From: Bacilli bacterium
GTDB lineage: Bacteria; Bacillota_I; Bacilli_A; RFN20; CAG-826
Direction of reading: 5' to 3'
Length of the DNA: 64,000 nt
Assembly (NCBI GenBank): GCA_045597865.1
Contig: JAZLKX010000057.1
Coordinates: forward strand, 1-64,000
The position numbers were made by a program, and so were the translations under genes. Shown piece by piece: positions 32,001 through 41,214 of the stretch. A model generated the notes under the pieces. That model had not been told where the DNA came from. It ran no database searches and worked only from the letters and a program-made list of their open reading frames with translations. Position 1 is the stretch's first letter; each line of letters begins with the position of its first letter.

Positions 32001-33471
32001 TATCGACCTTAACTTCCCTTCAGACTATCAAGCAGATGCACACAACTTAACCAAAAAGATTTTCGGAGCCGAAAACGTTTTCCGTGCTGGCACAATTGGT
32101 ACGGTTGCGGATAAAACAGCATTTGGTTACGTTAAAAACTACTTTGAATATAAACTCAATACACTTGACACAAGTATGATTCCGACCGAAAGAATCGCAT
32201 ACATGGCATCACATTGTACTGAAGTTAAACGTACAACAGGACAACACCCAGGTGGTATTGTTGTTCTTCCAAAAGGTAGATCGATTTATGAATTTACCCC
32301 AGTTCAATACCCAGCTGATGATAATACAGCGGATTGGCTTACAACCCACTTTGATTATCACCCAGCCCTTGAACCACAACTATTAAAACTCGACCTATTA
32401 GGGCACGTTGACCCCCTCGCATTGCGTCTAATGTCGCTTTTAACAGGTGTTGATGTTAAGAAAATTCCTCTTAATGATAAGAAGGTTATTTCCTTATTTA
32501 CATCAACTGACGCTTTAAACTTAGACGAGAATTACCTTAAATCCAAAACAGGTAGTAGTGGACTTCCTGAATACGGTACTGATACATGTAGTGATATTTT
32601 GGTTAAAGCAAAACCTAAATCATTCGCTGATGTTGTTGCTATTGCAGGTTTAGCTCACGGTACTAACGTTTGGCAACATAACCAAGAAGATTTAATTAAG
32701 AACGGAACAATGACTCTTCATGACTGTATTGCAGCTCGTGATGACATTATGAAGTACTTAATCGCTCATGGAGTGCCACCTGAGGTAGCATTCGATACCA
32801 TGGAAAAGGTTCGTAAAGGAAAGAAAATTCCTCTTAAACATATTCCAGTTTTAAAGGAACATAACATTCCTGATTACTACATAGATGCATGTAATAAAAT
32901 CAAATATCTATACCCTAAAGCCCACGCTGTTGCATACGCGACAATGGCTGTACGTGTTGGATATTTCAAGGTTTATTACCCACTTGAGTTCTATGCCGTT
33001 TGGTTCTCTGCTCGTTGTGATGCATACGATATTTACGCTATGTTAGGTGGTAAAGAACGTATCATTTCACGTTACGAAGAGATTGAGAGAGCAATGAAAG
33101 ATAGAAGCATTAAGATTTCTAATAAGGATAAAGCAATACACGCTATGCTTGAAGTTGCAATTGAAATGGCAGAACGTGGATTCAAGTTTAAAAATATTGA
33201 TCTTTATAAGTCTCACGCAACAGACTTTATATTAGATAAAGAAAATGGTGCATTAATCCCACCATTCATCGTTATTGATGGTTTAGGAGAAGCTGCCGCT
33301 CAGTCAGTAGTGGAAGCTAGAAAAGATGGGGAATTTACTTCTAAAGAAGATTTACTCCGCAGAACTAAACTAAATGGTACTAACGTTGAAGATTTAGACG
33401 CTCTAGGCGTTTTAAAAGGATTAGGCGATACTGATCAAATGTCATTGTTTGAGTTTGGTCTTGATGCATAA
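29080..33471 (+). CDS. polC: DNA polymerase III PolC
   Basis: RVELHLHTKMS-MDG (PHP), DLETTGL exonuclease, GSRGSVGSS, VPDIDLNF, KRTTGQHPGG, IKYLYPKAHA, C-terminal QMSLF clamp-binding motif. Confidence 0.97.
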   Translation: MNDKMIRFLTSIKLENLDRFDMDFDLVTRNQFKREQVDMLIVKNTPWDADLLEEFQDALETIQYPYSMKFSYVKKPTSFDGEKLFENWHYRHNHYKSDLKVKANGSDIAFYFDDEEQKEKNKSVVKDFKEFLDFIGYKLKIVEILSEKTPEIPNISKNDEPVKVEITKEEESAINAYKTTISEMRHDKELHAKGQSWRDRIPYKKIDDFSTIDENCSNVDIEGQLYGIDKPKIIKSGLTLLTCGIGKGDTGISLKIMENEHDSAELIESLKNEMWVRVLGYVQRDTFKNTIVIDVRAITPIEGPELRKDEEPEKRVELHLHTKMSSMDGVTSIDNYIKLAKNMGHKALALTDHGVVQAFPTAQNVVNDIYKKDCDKAKANNLPMPEKLKILYGCEFYAVNDELPFALNPVDVPLNKATYVVFDLETTGLSTRYDSITEFGGIRFENGQIVKSLDLLINPGRPIPQKIVEKTHITNEMVADKPHIEDVIDQILEFMDGAIIVSHNITFDYGFLKEVMKKLGRGEFIKPAIDTLSLSRYMFPDANAHRLGNLSRHLGMDIYNDEEAHRADYDARILNDVWLAMLAKLTKNNENLKHSDLAKIKSTNAMLKHMRASHVTALAKNEAGVKDMFELVSLSHINYLADVPKTPKREIARLRENLLLGSACCNGDIFEIEMTRSKEELIEAMKFFDFIEVQPPENYMHLVNRGVIDSIDKVKVFITDIVETAQSIGKIVVATGDVHYANPEDKISRDIYISAKAVGGKYHPLRMRDPNIENPNQHFRTTREMLDAFEFLGKDKAYEIVIKNTNLIADMCEAIDPIHDLLCKPEIENSDKILVDSCFSKARELFGDDLPQDIVDRLNKELDGINGNGYSVTYYIAHEIIETAARDGYMVGSRGSVGSSLAAHLYGITEVNPLAPHYRCPKCRHFEYSHDPSIYSGSDLPEKKCPVCGEPMVHDGQDIPFETFLGFHAEKVPDIDLNFPSDYQADAHNLTKKIFGAENVFRAGTIGTVADKTAFGYVKNYFEYKLNTLDTSMIPTERIAYMASHCTEVKRTTGQHPGGIVVLPKGRSIYEFTPVQYPADDNTADWLTTHFDYHPALEPQLLKLDLLGHVDPLALRLMSLLTGVDVKKIPLNDKKVISLFTSTDALNLDENYLKSKTGSSGLPEYGTDTCSDILVKAKPKSFADVVAIAGLAHGTNVWQHNQEDLIKNGTMTLHDCIAARDDIMKYLIAHGVPPEVAFDTMEKVRKGKKIPLKHIPVLKEHNIPDYYIDACNKIKYLYPKAHAVAYATMAVRVGYFKVYYPLEFYAVWFSARCDAYDIYAMLGGKERIISRYEEIERAMKDRSIKISNKDKAIHAMLEVAIEMAERGFKFKNIDLYKSHATDFILDKENGALIPPFIVIDGLGEAAAQSVVEARKDGEFTSKEDLLRRTKLNGTNVEDLDALGVLKGLGDTDQMSLFEFGLDA

Positions 33472-33473
33472 GT

Positions 33474-33549
33474 CGGGGCATAGCACATCTGGTAGTGCGC
33501 TAAGTTCGGGACTTAGAGGTGGTGAGTTCGAGTCTCACTGCTCCGACCA
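33474..33549 (+). tRNA. tRNA-Pro(CGG)
   Basis: Cloverleaf; anticodon arm CTAAG-ttCGGga-CTTAG; C1-G72; encoded CCA. Confidence 0.93.
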
Positions 33550-33552
33550 TTC

Positions 33553-33629
33553 GCGCCTGTAGCTCAAATGGATAGAGCGTCCCCCTCCTAAGGGGAAGGT
33601 TGAACGTTCAACTCGTTTCAGGCGCGCCA
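33553..33629 (+). tRNA. tRNA-Arg(CCT)
   Basis: TCCCC-ctCCTaa-GGGGA; acceptor GCGCCTG/CAGGCGC; GCCA end. Confidence 0.93.
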
Positions 33630-33689
33630 ACTGCATCGCATGTTTCTATTGAAAATAGATAGAAATATAGTATTATATAATTCGTTGTT

Positions 33690-33765
33690 GGGCCTGTAGC
33701 TCACCTGGGAGAGCGCCTCCATGGCATGGAGGAGGTAGCCGGTTCGATCCCGGTCAGGTCCACCA
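33690..33765 (+). tRNA. tRNA-Ala(GGC)
   Basis: CCTCC-atGGCat-GGAGG; G3:U70; A32-U38; ACCA end. Confidence 0.95.
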
Positions 33766-33859
33766 GAACTAAAAAAATACTTCGACTCGTTCGAAGTTTT
33801 TTTATACAAAAAATGTGAATAATTTGTATAATATTTTTAGAAAATCGGAGGCAAAGTTT

Positions 33860-35548
33860 ATGGATAATAAAAAACTTTTTACCAACCATCGTTATTTTTA
33901 TTTTATAACAGAACTATTTGTTGGAATTGCTTTGATGGGCATTGAAATGTCTGCATCTAGACTTATTGCAGTTTACTTTTCATCATCTCAAATAGTTTGG
34001 ACAATCATCATTGGTGTAATCATGATTGCAATGGCAATTGGCAATTATTGGGGCGGCCATCAAGCAGATAAAAAACCATCATTAAAACGACTTTATTTTG
34101 AGTTATTATTCGCTGGTGCATGGATTGTTTTGATCCCATTTGTTGGACCATTTATTATTGGTGGCGTTTCAGTCATTCTCGCTCTTTTTGTGACAAGTAA
34201 TTTAGTTATTTGGGCATCGTTATTTTCGTGCCTAATTATCTTTGTTCCTCCTCTATTATTTTTGGGTAAAGTTACACCATCTTTAATCAAGTTTTCTTTG
34301 GATCAAAAAGTATCTGGAAAAGTTATCGGATTACTTGAAGCTTTGAATACAATTGGCTCGATCGTAGGAACCTTCCTTCCAACATTCTTGACCATTCCAT
34401 TTATAGGTACTTCAAACTCATTTGTTTTATTCGGCTCAATGATAGCTGTACTCGGCTTAATTTATGTCGTAACTTTCTATATTGATTATTTTAAAAATCA
34501 ACCTAAAAAAGAAGTTGCAACCAAAGACAAAGAAGAAGAGAAAATAATTAAGAAAAACAGGAAAAATCACGTAAAATCCCTCATATTCTCAGGTATTTTC
34601 TCTATTTTATGGATTACTGGAATGGTGGTTTCAAGTAATGCGTCTCCGATATTTTGGGGTGATAAAACTGTAGTTGTTGAAACGGATTCTATGTATAACT
34701 ATTTAAAGGTTAGCAAAGAAGGAAAAAGAACCTCATTTTCCACCAACGTTTTGTTTGGAGTTCAGTCTTGTATTAATGACGATTATTCATTAACAGGAAT
34801 GTATTATGACACCCTATTAGTATCGCCTTATTTAGTGAAGGAAAATCCTAAAGTTTTGGTACTCGGAAATGGTACAGGAACTTATGCAACAATGATGAAG
34901 GATTTTCTACATTGTGAATGTGATATTACTGCAGTAGAAATTGACCAGAAAATTATCGACTTATCTTACAAGTATTTTAAGATGAACAAAGACGTTAATG
35001 TTATCTGTGATGATGGCAGAAACTTCATTGCTAGAGACAAAAATACTTATGATATTATTCTTGTTGATGCCTACTCATCAATTTCAGCTCCTTTCCATAT
35101 GACAACAGTAGAGTTTTTTACTCTTGTGAGAGATCATTTATCAAATGATGGAATTATGATGATGAACATTAATATGCGTTCGGCTGCAAAAGGTTCAATT
35201 AATGAAGTTCTTTGTGATACAGCATATAGTGTTTTTGGAAATTTGTGTTCATGTTCTTCTTCTAGCGGAATGGAAGTCTTTGCATCTAAGAATAATGAAA
35301 CAAATTTGATTAAAAAAATAAAAGCTATATCAATTAAAGATGGACAACTTGAATACGTAATTGATAGTTTGAAAAGAAATATTAAACCTCACGTTGATAC
35401 AGGTTTAAGACTTTATGATGATACAGCAGATGTTGAAATGAGAAGTATTCAAACATTAGATGTTATTGTTCAAGAAGAAGTTAATTATTATAAGGATATA
35501 TATAGAAAAGAAGGCTTAGACGGTTTACTTAAAAGATTACTTGGATAA
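33860..35548 (+). CDS. Membrane-fused spermidine synthase-like methyltransferase (MFS/SpeE fusion)
   Basis: About 7 N-terminal TMs (E---SRL-A-F-SSQ-WT--IG...GSIVGTFLPTF); C-terminal LG-GTG, VEID, DGR, D-I-VDAY SAM-binding motifs; SD GGAGG before ATG 33860. Confidence 0.85.
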   Translation: MDNKKLFTNHRYFYFITELFVGIALMGIEMSASRLIAVYFSSSQIVWTIIIGVIMIAMAIGNYWGGHQADKKPSLKRLYFELLFAGAWIVLIPFVGPFIIGGVSVILALFVTSNLVIWASLFSCLIIFVPPLLFLGKVTPSLIKFSLDQKVSGKVIGLLEALNTIGSIVGTFLPTFLTIPFIGTSNSFVLFGSMIAVLGLIYVVTFYIDYFKNQPKKEVATKDKEEEKIIKKNRKNHVKSLIFSGIFSILWITGMVVSSNASPIFWGDKTVVVETDSMYNYLKVSKEGKRTSFSTNVLFGVQSCINDDYSLTGMYYDTLLVSPYLVKENPKVLVLGNGTGTYATMMKDFLHCECDITAVEIDQKIIDLSYKYFKMNKDVNVICDDGRNFIARDKNTYDIILVDAYSSISAPFHMTTVEFFTLVRDHLSNDGIMMMNINMRSAAKGSINEVLCDTAYSVFGNLCSCSSSSGMEVFASKNNETNLIKKIKAISIKDGQLEYVIDSLKRNIKPHVDTGLRLYDDTADVEMRSIQTLDVIVQEEVNYYKDIYRKEGLDGLLKRLLG

Positions 35549-35649
35549 TTAGTAATTTTTACTAATGATAAAACCGCTTACATTTGGTATACTTTAATTA
35601 CTAAAGTGCGAAAGCACATAAAGGAGGATACCAGTTGGTATAAAAACAT

Positions 35650-37173
35650 ATGGCTTATAATGGATTCGCTATTGATGAGTATTTAGACGCTATTCAAGTA
35701 ACTAAAGATCTCGATGAATTAATTAAAAAACCAATTTTCTCTATTAAACCAGATGCTTTAAAGGTTTATGAGGAAGAATACTTCGGTAAGAAGTGTCAAA
35801 AATCAAAGGAAATGATTGATAAAGCTAAGGATATTATTCCTGGCGGTGTTCAACATAACCTTGCATTTAACTATCCATTCCCAATTGTTATGACTAAAGC
35901 TTTAGGCAATAAGTTATACGATATTGATGGAAATGAATACTTCGACTTACTTCAAGCTGGCGGACCTACACTTTTAGGTTCAAACGACCCAGTTGTTAGA
36001 GAAAAAGTTATCGAATTACTTAATACATGTGGCCCTTCAACAGGTTTATTCCACGAATATGAATACAAACTTGCAGAACTCATTCACCAATGCGTTCCAT
36101 CAGTTGAAAAATTCAGAATGTTAGGTTCTGGAACTGAAGCTTGTATGTGTGCTTTACGTATCGCAAGACTTAAAACAGGACATAAGAACGTATTAAAAAT
36201 GGGTGGAGCTTACCATGGTTGGTCAGATCAAATGGCCTATGGCATGAGAGTTCCAGGAACTAAAAACATCAAATCCGGTGGTGTTCCAATGTTCGTCTTT
36301 AAACACACAGACGAATTCTTCCCAGGAGATTTAAAATCACTCAAACGTAAATTAAGAAGAAATAGATTACGTGGTGGTACAGCCGCAGTTTATATTGAAC
36401 CAATCGGCCCAGAATCAGGTACAAGACCAGTTACAAAAGAATTCGTCCAAGGATGTGAAAAGTTAGCACATAAGTATGGCGCATTGCTCGTTTGTGACGA
36501 AGTTGTCTCAGGTTTTAGAATTGGTGTTGGTGGTGCCCAAGCATACTATGGCATTGATCCAGATTTAACAATTTTTGGTAAGATTGTTGCTGGCGGTTAT
36601 CCAGGTGCTGGTGGTGTCGGTGGACATGCTGACTGTATGGCTCATTTAGGCGCAGGACTCGATACAGGTGGTGCCAAAAAGGGCAAAAAGAAAGCTAAAA
36701 AGATTAAAAAAGCAATGTGTGGTGGAACAATGGCTGCTACACCAATCAGCTGTGTTGCCGGTTACTATGCTATTAGCGAAATTATTAAACGTAACGCTTG
36801 TGAAGTCGCAGGACGTATGGGTGATCGTTTAACAAAAGGCTTACAAGAATTAATTAAGAAGTATAACTTACCATTCGTTGCATTTAACATTGGTTCAGTT
36901 TGTCACTTAGATACAGTTGGCACAATGCATTTTTGCATTAACTGGAAGAAGATTTGGACAATTCCTCATGTCTTAAAAGAAACAACCAAGAGACAAAGAG
37001 AAATGGAACACATGGGTGCTGCTTACATGGCAGAAGGTATTGTTACCCTCGCAGGTTCAAGACTTTATACTTCAGCAGCTTATACTGAAGCAGACATTGA
37101 TGAAGTTTTAAGAAGATTTGAAAATGTCTTTAAAAACTGTGCTCAACTTGAATTCCCGGATCAAAAGAAATAA
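35650..37173 (+). CDS. Class III PLP aminotransferase (GSA-aminomutase-like fold), substrate unknown
   Basis: IPGGV, G--LYDIDGNEY-D, SGTEA, YHGWSD, DEVVSGFR, PDLTIFGKIVAGG, GGT. Confidence 0.85.
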   Translation: MAYNGFAIDEYLDAIQVTKDLDELIKKPIFSIKPDALKVYEEEYFGKKCQKSKEMIDKAKDIIPGGVQHNLAFNYPFPIVMTKALGNKLYDIDGNEYFDLLQAGGPTLLGSNDPVVREKVIELLNTCGPSTGLFHEYEYKLAELIHQCVPSVEKFRMLGSGTEACMCALRIARLKTGHKNVLKMGGAYHGWSDQMAYGMRVPGTKNIKSGGVPMFVFKHTDEFFPGDLKSLKRKLRRNRLRGGTAAVYIEPIGPESGTRPVTKEFVQGCEKLAHKYGALLVCDEVVSGFRIGVGGAQAYYGIDPDLTIFGKIVAGGYPGAGGVGGHADCMAHLGAGLDTGGAKKGKKKAKKIKKAMCGGTMAATPISCVAGYYAISEIIKRNACEVAGRMGDRLTKGLQELIKKYNLPFVAFNIGSVCHLDTVGTMHFCINWKKIWTIPHVLKETTKRQREMEHMGAAYMAEGIVTLAGSRLYTSAAYTEADIDEVLRRFENVFKNCAQLEFPDQKK

Positions 37174-37175
37174 TT

Positions 37176-37955
37176 ATGGCTTACACAATTGAAGAAGCTA
37201 AAAGATTAATCATAAAGGCTGGCCTAGAGCTTTGTGAAAAGAAACTCATTGCCAGAACTTGGGGCAATATCTCAGCTCGTATTTCTGATACAGAGTTTGT
37301 AATTACCCCAAGTGGAATCCCTTATGATAAGGTTAATAATGACAATTTAGTCGTTGTTAAAATTGAAGATTGTTCGTGGAGCGGTGAAGTTAAGCCAAGT
37401 GGTGAAAAAAAGGTACATGCTGCCATTTATAAAGCCCGTCCAGGGGTTAATTTTATTCTCCACACCCATCAAAACTACGCTACAGCTATCTCGGTAGATG
37501 GTAAGGATAAGGACTTTGTTCCAGTTGCCAAGTATGGACTTCCATCAACAAAGAAACTTGTCAAGAATATTGGAAAGGCAGTTGTTGCAAACCCAGATAA
37601 AAATGCTGTTTTAATGGCACGTCATGGTGCAGTAATTTATTCTGACAACTATGACGATGCTTTTAAGATTGCTTTAGATCTTGAAGAACAATCAAAAGCT
37701 TTATTTGATAAGGTTGCTACTAAAAAGACTGAAAAGCAGGAAGCAAAACCTTATTTAGATGACTACGCACAAATGTTTGGTCATTCAAGTAAAGCAGTTG
37801 AAGAAGATAAAGAAGCTGTTGAATTAATTAAATTCAAGAACTCTCTAGCTGCTTCATATCAAAGTAAATTAAAACCAATGAAATGTTTAGACGTTACATT
37901 ACAACATTTTATTTATAAAAAGAAATACTCAAAATTAGCTAAAAACGCTAAATAG
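37176..37955 (+). CDS. Class II aldolase/adducin family (fuculose-1-phosphate aldolase-like)
   Basis: TWGNISAR, ITPSG, PSGE--H--IY--RP, HTH, HG zinc-ligand pattern. Confidence 0.88.
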   Translation: MAYTIEEAKRLIIKAGLELCEKKLIARTWGNISARISDTEFVITPSGIPYDKVNNDNLVVVKIEDCSWSGEVKPSGEKKVHAAIYKARPGVNFILHTHQNYATAISVDGKDKDFVPVAKYGLPSTKKLVKNIGKAVVANPDKNAVLMARHGAVIYSDNYDDAFKIALDLEEQSKALFDKVATKKTEKQEAKPYLDDYAQMFGHSSKAVEEDKEAVELIKFKNSLAASYQSKLKPMKCLDVTLQHFIYKKKYSKLAKNAK

Positions 37956-37964
37956 GAGAATTAT

Positions 37965-39566
37965 ATGAAATATGTAATTGCGTATGACATAGGTACTACC
38001 GGAGTAAAGACCTGTATTTTTAAACTTGCAGACTCAATTGAATTAGTCGCAGGTTGTTCTGCAGCGTATCCTTTATTCGTTTTGCCAAATGGTGGTGCCG
38101 AACAAGACCCAGATGACTGGTGGAAAGGAATGTGTGACTCTACTAAAGCTGTTTTAGAAAAAAGTGGAGTTAAACCAGAAGAAATTGAAGGCTTATCATT
38201 CTGTTCACAAGCACAAGGTGTTGTTTTAGTAGATAAAGAAGGAAAACCAGTAAGACGCGCTATGTCTTATATGGACCAAAGAGCTACTGAAGAAGTTAAA
38301 AAGGGTATCTCATATGGTTTACAAATCGCAGGCGCTAACATTTTTAAACTGTTGCCAAGTTTAGTTATTACAGGCGCTGTTACTTCATCTGCAAAAGACC
38401 CAGTTTGGAAATACAAATGGGTTGAAGCACATGAACCAGAAGTCTTTAAAAAGATCTATAAGTGGCTAGACGTTAAGGATTATTTGATATGTCGTTGTAC
38501 TAAAGAGTTTACAATGACTGATGATACAGCATTTGGCACACTCATTTACGATAATAGACCTGGTAAAGGCGGTTGTTTCTCTAAAAAGATGTGCAAAATG
38601 TTTAAAATTAACATGGATCATTTACCACGTATTATTCGCTCAACAGATGTTGCGGGTGAACTTTGCGAAGAGGCAGCTAAAGATTTAGGGCTTAAAGCTG
38701 GAACCAAAGTTTTTGGCGGTGGCGGTGACTCTAGTTTAATAGGTATTGGCGCAGGCGCGACACAAGTTGGTGATACACACGTTTACGTTGGAACTTCAGG
38801 TTGGGTTATTACCGTTACAGATAAACGTATGGTTGATACATCTGCTATGATTGCAGCCATTACAGGTGCTGATGCAGGTAAGTTCAACTACTTTGCTGAA
38901 ATGGAAACAGCAGGCAAGTGTTATGAATGGGTTCATGACCACCTAGCATTAGACGAAATTAACATTTATCTTGAGCAATATGGCAAACATCCAGGCTTTG
39001 AAGGCGAAAGAAGAACAATGTATGAGTTCTTAAACGAAACAATTAAAGATGTTAAACCAGGAAGCAATGGTGTTATCTTTACTCCATGGCTTCATGGTAA
39101 TAGATGTCCATTCGAAGATCCACATTGTACAGGTATGTTCTTTGGATTAAAGATTGATACAGGCAAGCGCGATATGATTCGTTCAGTTCTTGAAGGCATT
39201 TATTATCATTTAAGATGGATGATGGAATGCGAAAGCAAGAAATTAGACCTCAAAGACACAGTTAGATTCTGTGGTGGTGGAGCATTATCCCCTATCGCAT
39301 GTCAAATTTTATGTGATATTTTAGGTAAAAAGCTTGAAATTGTTGATCATCCTCAAAACGTTGGCGCAATGGGTGCAGCAGCAGTTATGGGCATTGGTTT
39401 AGGCCTTATTAAAAACTTTGATGAAGTTAAAGGTTACATTCCAGTAAAAGCAACCTTTGAACCAAATATGGAAAATCACAAACTTTATGAGCCTTACTAT
39501 CAAACATTTAAGATGCTACATAAAGCAAACAAAAAGATGTTTACATTAATTGAAGGAGACAAATAA
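37965..39566 (+). CDS. FGGY-family carbohydrate kinase (xylulokinase-like)
   Basis: DIGTTGVK, AEQDPDDWW, GGGD, GTSGW, PWL-G-R-P, RSVLEG, GGGA. Confidence 0.88.
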   Translation: MKYVIAYDIGTTGVKTCIFKLADSIELVAGCSAAYPLFVLPNGGAEQDPDDWWKGMCDSTKAVLEKSGVKPEEIEGLSFCSQAQGVVLVDKEGKPVRRAMSYMDQRATEEVKKGISYGLQIAGANIFKLLPSLVITGAVTSSAKDPVWKYKWVEAHEPEVFKKIYKWLDVKDYLICRCTKEFTMTDDTAFGTLIYDNRPGKGGCFSKKMCKMFKINMDHLPRIIRSTDVAGELCEEAAKDLGLKAGTKVFGGGGDSSLIGIGAGATQVGDTHVYVGTSGWVITVTDKRMVDTSAMIAAITGADAGKFNYFAEMETAGKCYEWVHDHLALDEINIYLEQYGKHPGFEGERRTMYEFLNETIKDVKPGSNGVIFTPWLHGNRCPFEDPHCTGMFFGLKIDTGKRDMIRSVLEGIYYHLRWMMECESKKLDLKDTVRFCGGGALSPIACQILCDILGKKLEIVDHPQNVGAMGAAAVMGIGLGLIKNFDEVKGYIPVKATFEPNMENHKLYEPYYQTFKMLHKANKKMFTLIEGDK

Positions 39567-39567
39567 A

Positions 39568-40044
39568 ATGGAAGCACAAAAGAAGAAAGAAGTAATTCGT
39601 ACATTAAAATATGTACTTATTGCAGCATCAGCAGGTATTATTCAATTTGGATCAACAGCTATTTTAAACTTAATTTGGCCTGTTGAAAAATTCTCAAATG
39701 GACCAGTTTTATTCTATTTAATTGGTTTAATTTTATCAGTTGTTTGGAATTTAACTATAAACAGAAAATACACATTTAAGAGTGCAAGTAATATGGGAAT
39801 TGCAATCTTATGGACAATTGGATTTTACATTATTTTTGCTCCAGCCTCATTATTATTACAAGGTTGGTTAACCAATGGTGTTTTAATTGAAAATTCTTCA
39901 TTGGTTCTTAATACATACCTTGGTTGGCATGCCCTCATTGGCACAGCCATCTGTATGGTTTTAAATTTAGGTCTTGAATATCCATTTCAAAGATTTATTG
40001 TCTTTAGAAATTCAATTGACCAAACAGATAAGAAAGATAATTAA
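39568..40044 (+). CDS. GtrA-like four-TM membrane protein
   Basis: KY...SV-WN-T-NRK-TFKS...QR--VF pattern with four hydrophobic helices; SD AAGGAG before ATG 39568. Confidence 0.75.
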   Translation: MEAQKKKEVIRTLKYVLIAASAGIIQFGSTAILNLIWPVEKFSNGPVLFYLIGLILSVVWNLTINRKYTFKSASNMGIAILWTIGFYIIFAPASLLLQGWLTNGVLIENSSLVLNTYLGWHALIGTAICMVLNLGLEYPFQRFIVFRNSIDQTDKKDN

Positions 40045-40050
40045 TAAAAC

Positions 40051-40087
40051 AAAAGCATCTCAATCAAACGAACGAGATGCTTTTTTT
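40051..40087. terminator. Bidirectional terminator
   Basis: AAAAGCATCTC...GAGATGCTTTTTTT between convergent genes. Confidence 0.75.
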
Positions 40088-40532
40088 ATTTCAAATTTTT
40101 AATTATATCTTCACAGCATTGCCATATTTCATTAATGACAATTTCATACTCTCCGCTATACCACGGGTCATCGATAGTGCCCACACGGGACGAATATTTC
40201 GATATTAATTGATACTTATTAGCGTAATCATCTATTAAATAATTTAGATATCGCAGATTGTTGTTATCCATATAAAAAATGACGTCTGCTTTTTCGTAAT
40301 CTTCTTTAGTTATTCTTGTTGCGTGATGTTCTCCAAATGGAATATTGTGGTTTCTTAGTGCACGTTTCATTGGTGGATAGATGTCATTTCCAATTTCTTC
40401 AGTTGAAGTGGCACGCGAGTAAACTTCAAATCTGTCTTCCATTTGATATTTTTGCATCAACAATTTGAAAATCCACTCAGCTGCAACTGAGCGGCAAATG
40501 TTGCCATGACATACAAAAATAATTGTTTTCAT
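40086..40532 (-). CDS. Low-molecular-weight protein tyrosine phosphatase
   Basis: FVCHGNICRS P-loop, DPWY. Confidence 0.93.
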   Translation of the reverse strand: MKTIIFVCHGNICRSVAAEWIFKLLMQKYQMEDRFEVYSRATSTEEIGNDIYPPMKRALRNHNIPFGEHHATRITKEDYEKADVIFYMDNNNLRYLNYLIDDYANKYQLISKYSSRVGTIDDPWYSGEYEIVINEIWQCCEDIIKNLK

Positions 40533-40587
40533 ATAAAATATTAAAACACATTTTGAATTTTGTGGTAAGATACTATGCGAGGTTTTT

Positions 40588-40983
40588 ATGAAACGCGAAG
40601 TATTTGTAGTTGCTGGTGCAATCGTAAAAGATGGTAAAGTATTTGCTGCTCAACGTGGTAACAAAGGTAAAACAGCTTTTAAGTTTGAATTCCCAGGCGG
40701 AAAAATTGAACCAGGAGAAACTCCTGAGCAAGCTTTAGCACGCGAACTTCGTGAAGAACTTTCAATAAATGTTGAAGTTCATGAATTAATAACCGCAATT
40801 GTTGATGAATATGAGGATGTAATCCTCCACATCGATACTTATCGTTGTACTTTAATTTCAGGTACTCCAACTTTATCTGAACACATTGCTTTGGCATGGT
40901 CAAATAAAGAAGAACTGGATAACCTTGAATTTTCTCCTGCAGATAAACCAACTCTGGAGAAGATCAAAAACCTGTATCTTTAA
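40588..40983 (+). CDS. MutT/NudG-like NUDIX pyrophosphohydrolase
   Basis: EFPGGKIEPGETPEQALARELREEL Nudix box. Confidence 0.92.
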   Translation: MKREVFVVAGAIVKDGKVFAAQRGNKGKTAFKFEFPGGKIEPGETPEQALARELREELSINVEVHELITAIVDEYEDVILHIDTYRCTLISGTPTLSEHIALAWSNKEELDNLEFSPADKPTLEKIKNLYL

Positions 40984-40993
40984 TTAAAGAAAT

Positions 40994-41076
40994 GCAGCGG
41001 TGGCGGAATTGGTATACGCTCAGGCCTCAGAAACCTGTCCGAAAGGGTGTGAGTTCAAGTCTCACCCGCTGCACCA
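40994..41076 (+). tRNA. tRNA-Leu(CAG)
   Basis: CAGGC-ctCAGaa-ACCTG (31:39 mismatch), long variable arm, ACCA end. Confidence 0.9.
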
Positions 41077-41118
41077 ATTGTTGAAAATCTTTGATTGTTC
41101 TTGTAGAATAATCGCACT

Positions 41119-41203
41119 GCCCAAGTGGTGAAATTGGTAGACGCAATGGACTCAAAATCCATCGGAGCGATCCATGCCGGTTCGAGTCCGGCCTTGGGCA
41201 CCA
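41119..41203 (+). tRNA. tRNA-Leu(CAA)
   Basis: ATGGA-ctCAAaa-TCCAT, long variable arm, ACCA end. Confidence 0.94.
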
Positions 41204-41214
41204 GCTTAAATTTT

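Noticed and set aside
35650-37173. Calling the aminotransferase hemL
   Set aside because: It is longer than HemL, has insertions, has no hem genes nearby, and sits in a sugar-type catabolic context.
41125-41214. N-terminal extension of the 179-aa ORF, and minus-strand ORFs at 33618-33889 and 62694-62972
   Set aside because: They overlap tRNA genes and are shadow translations.
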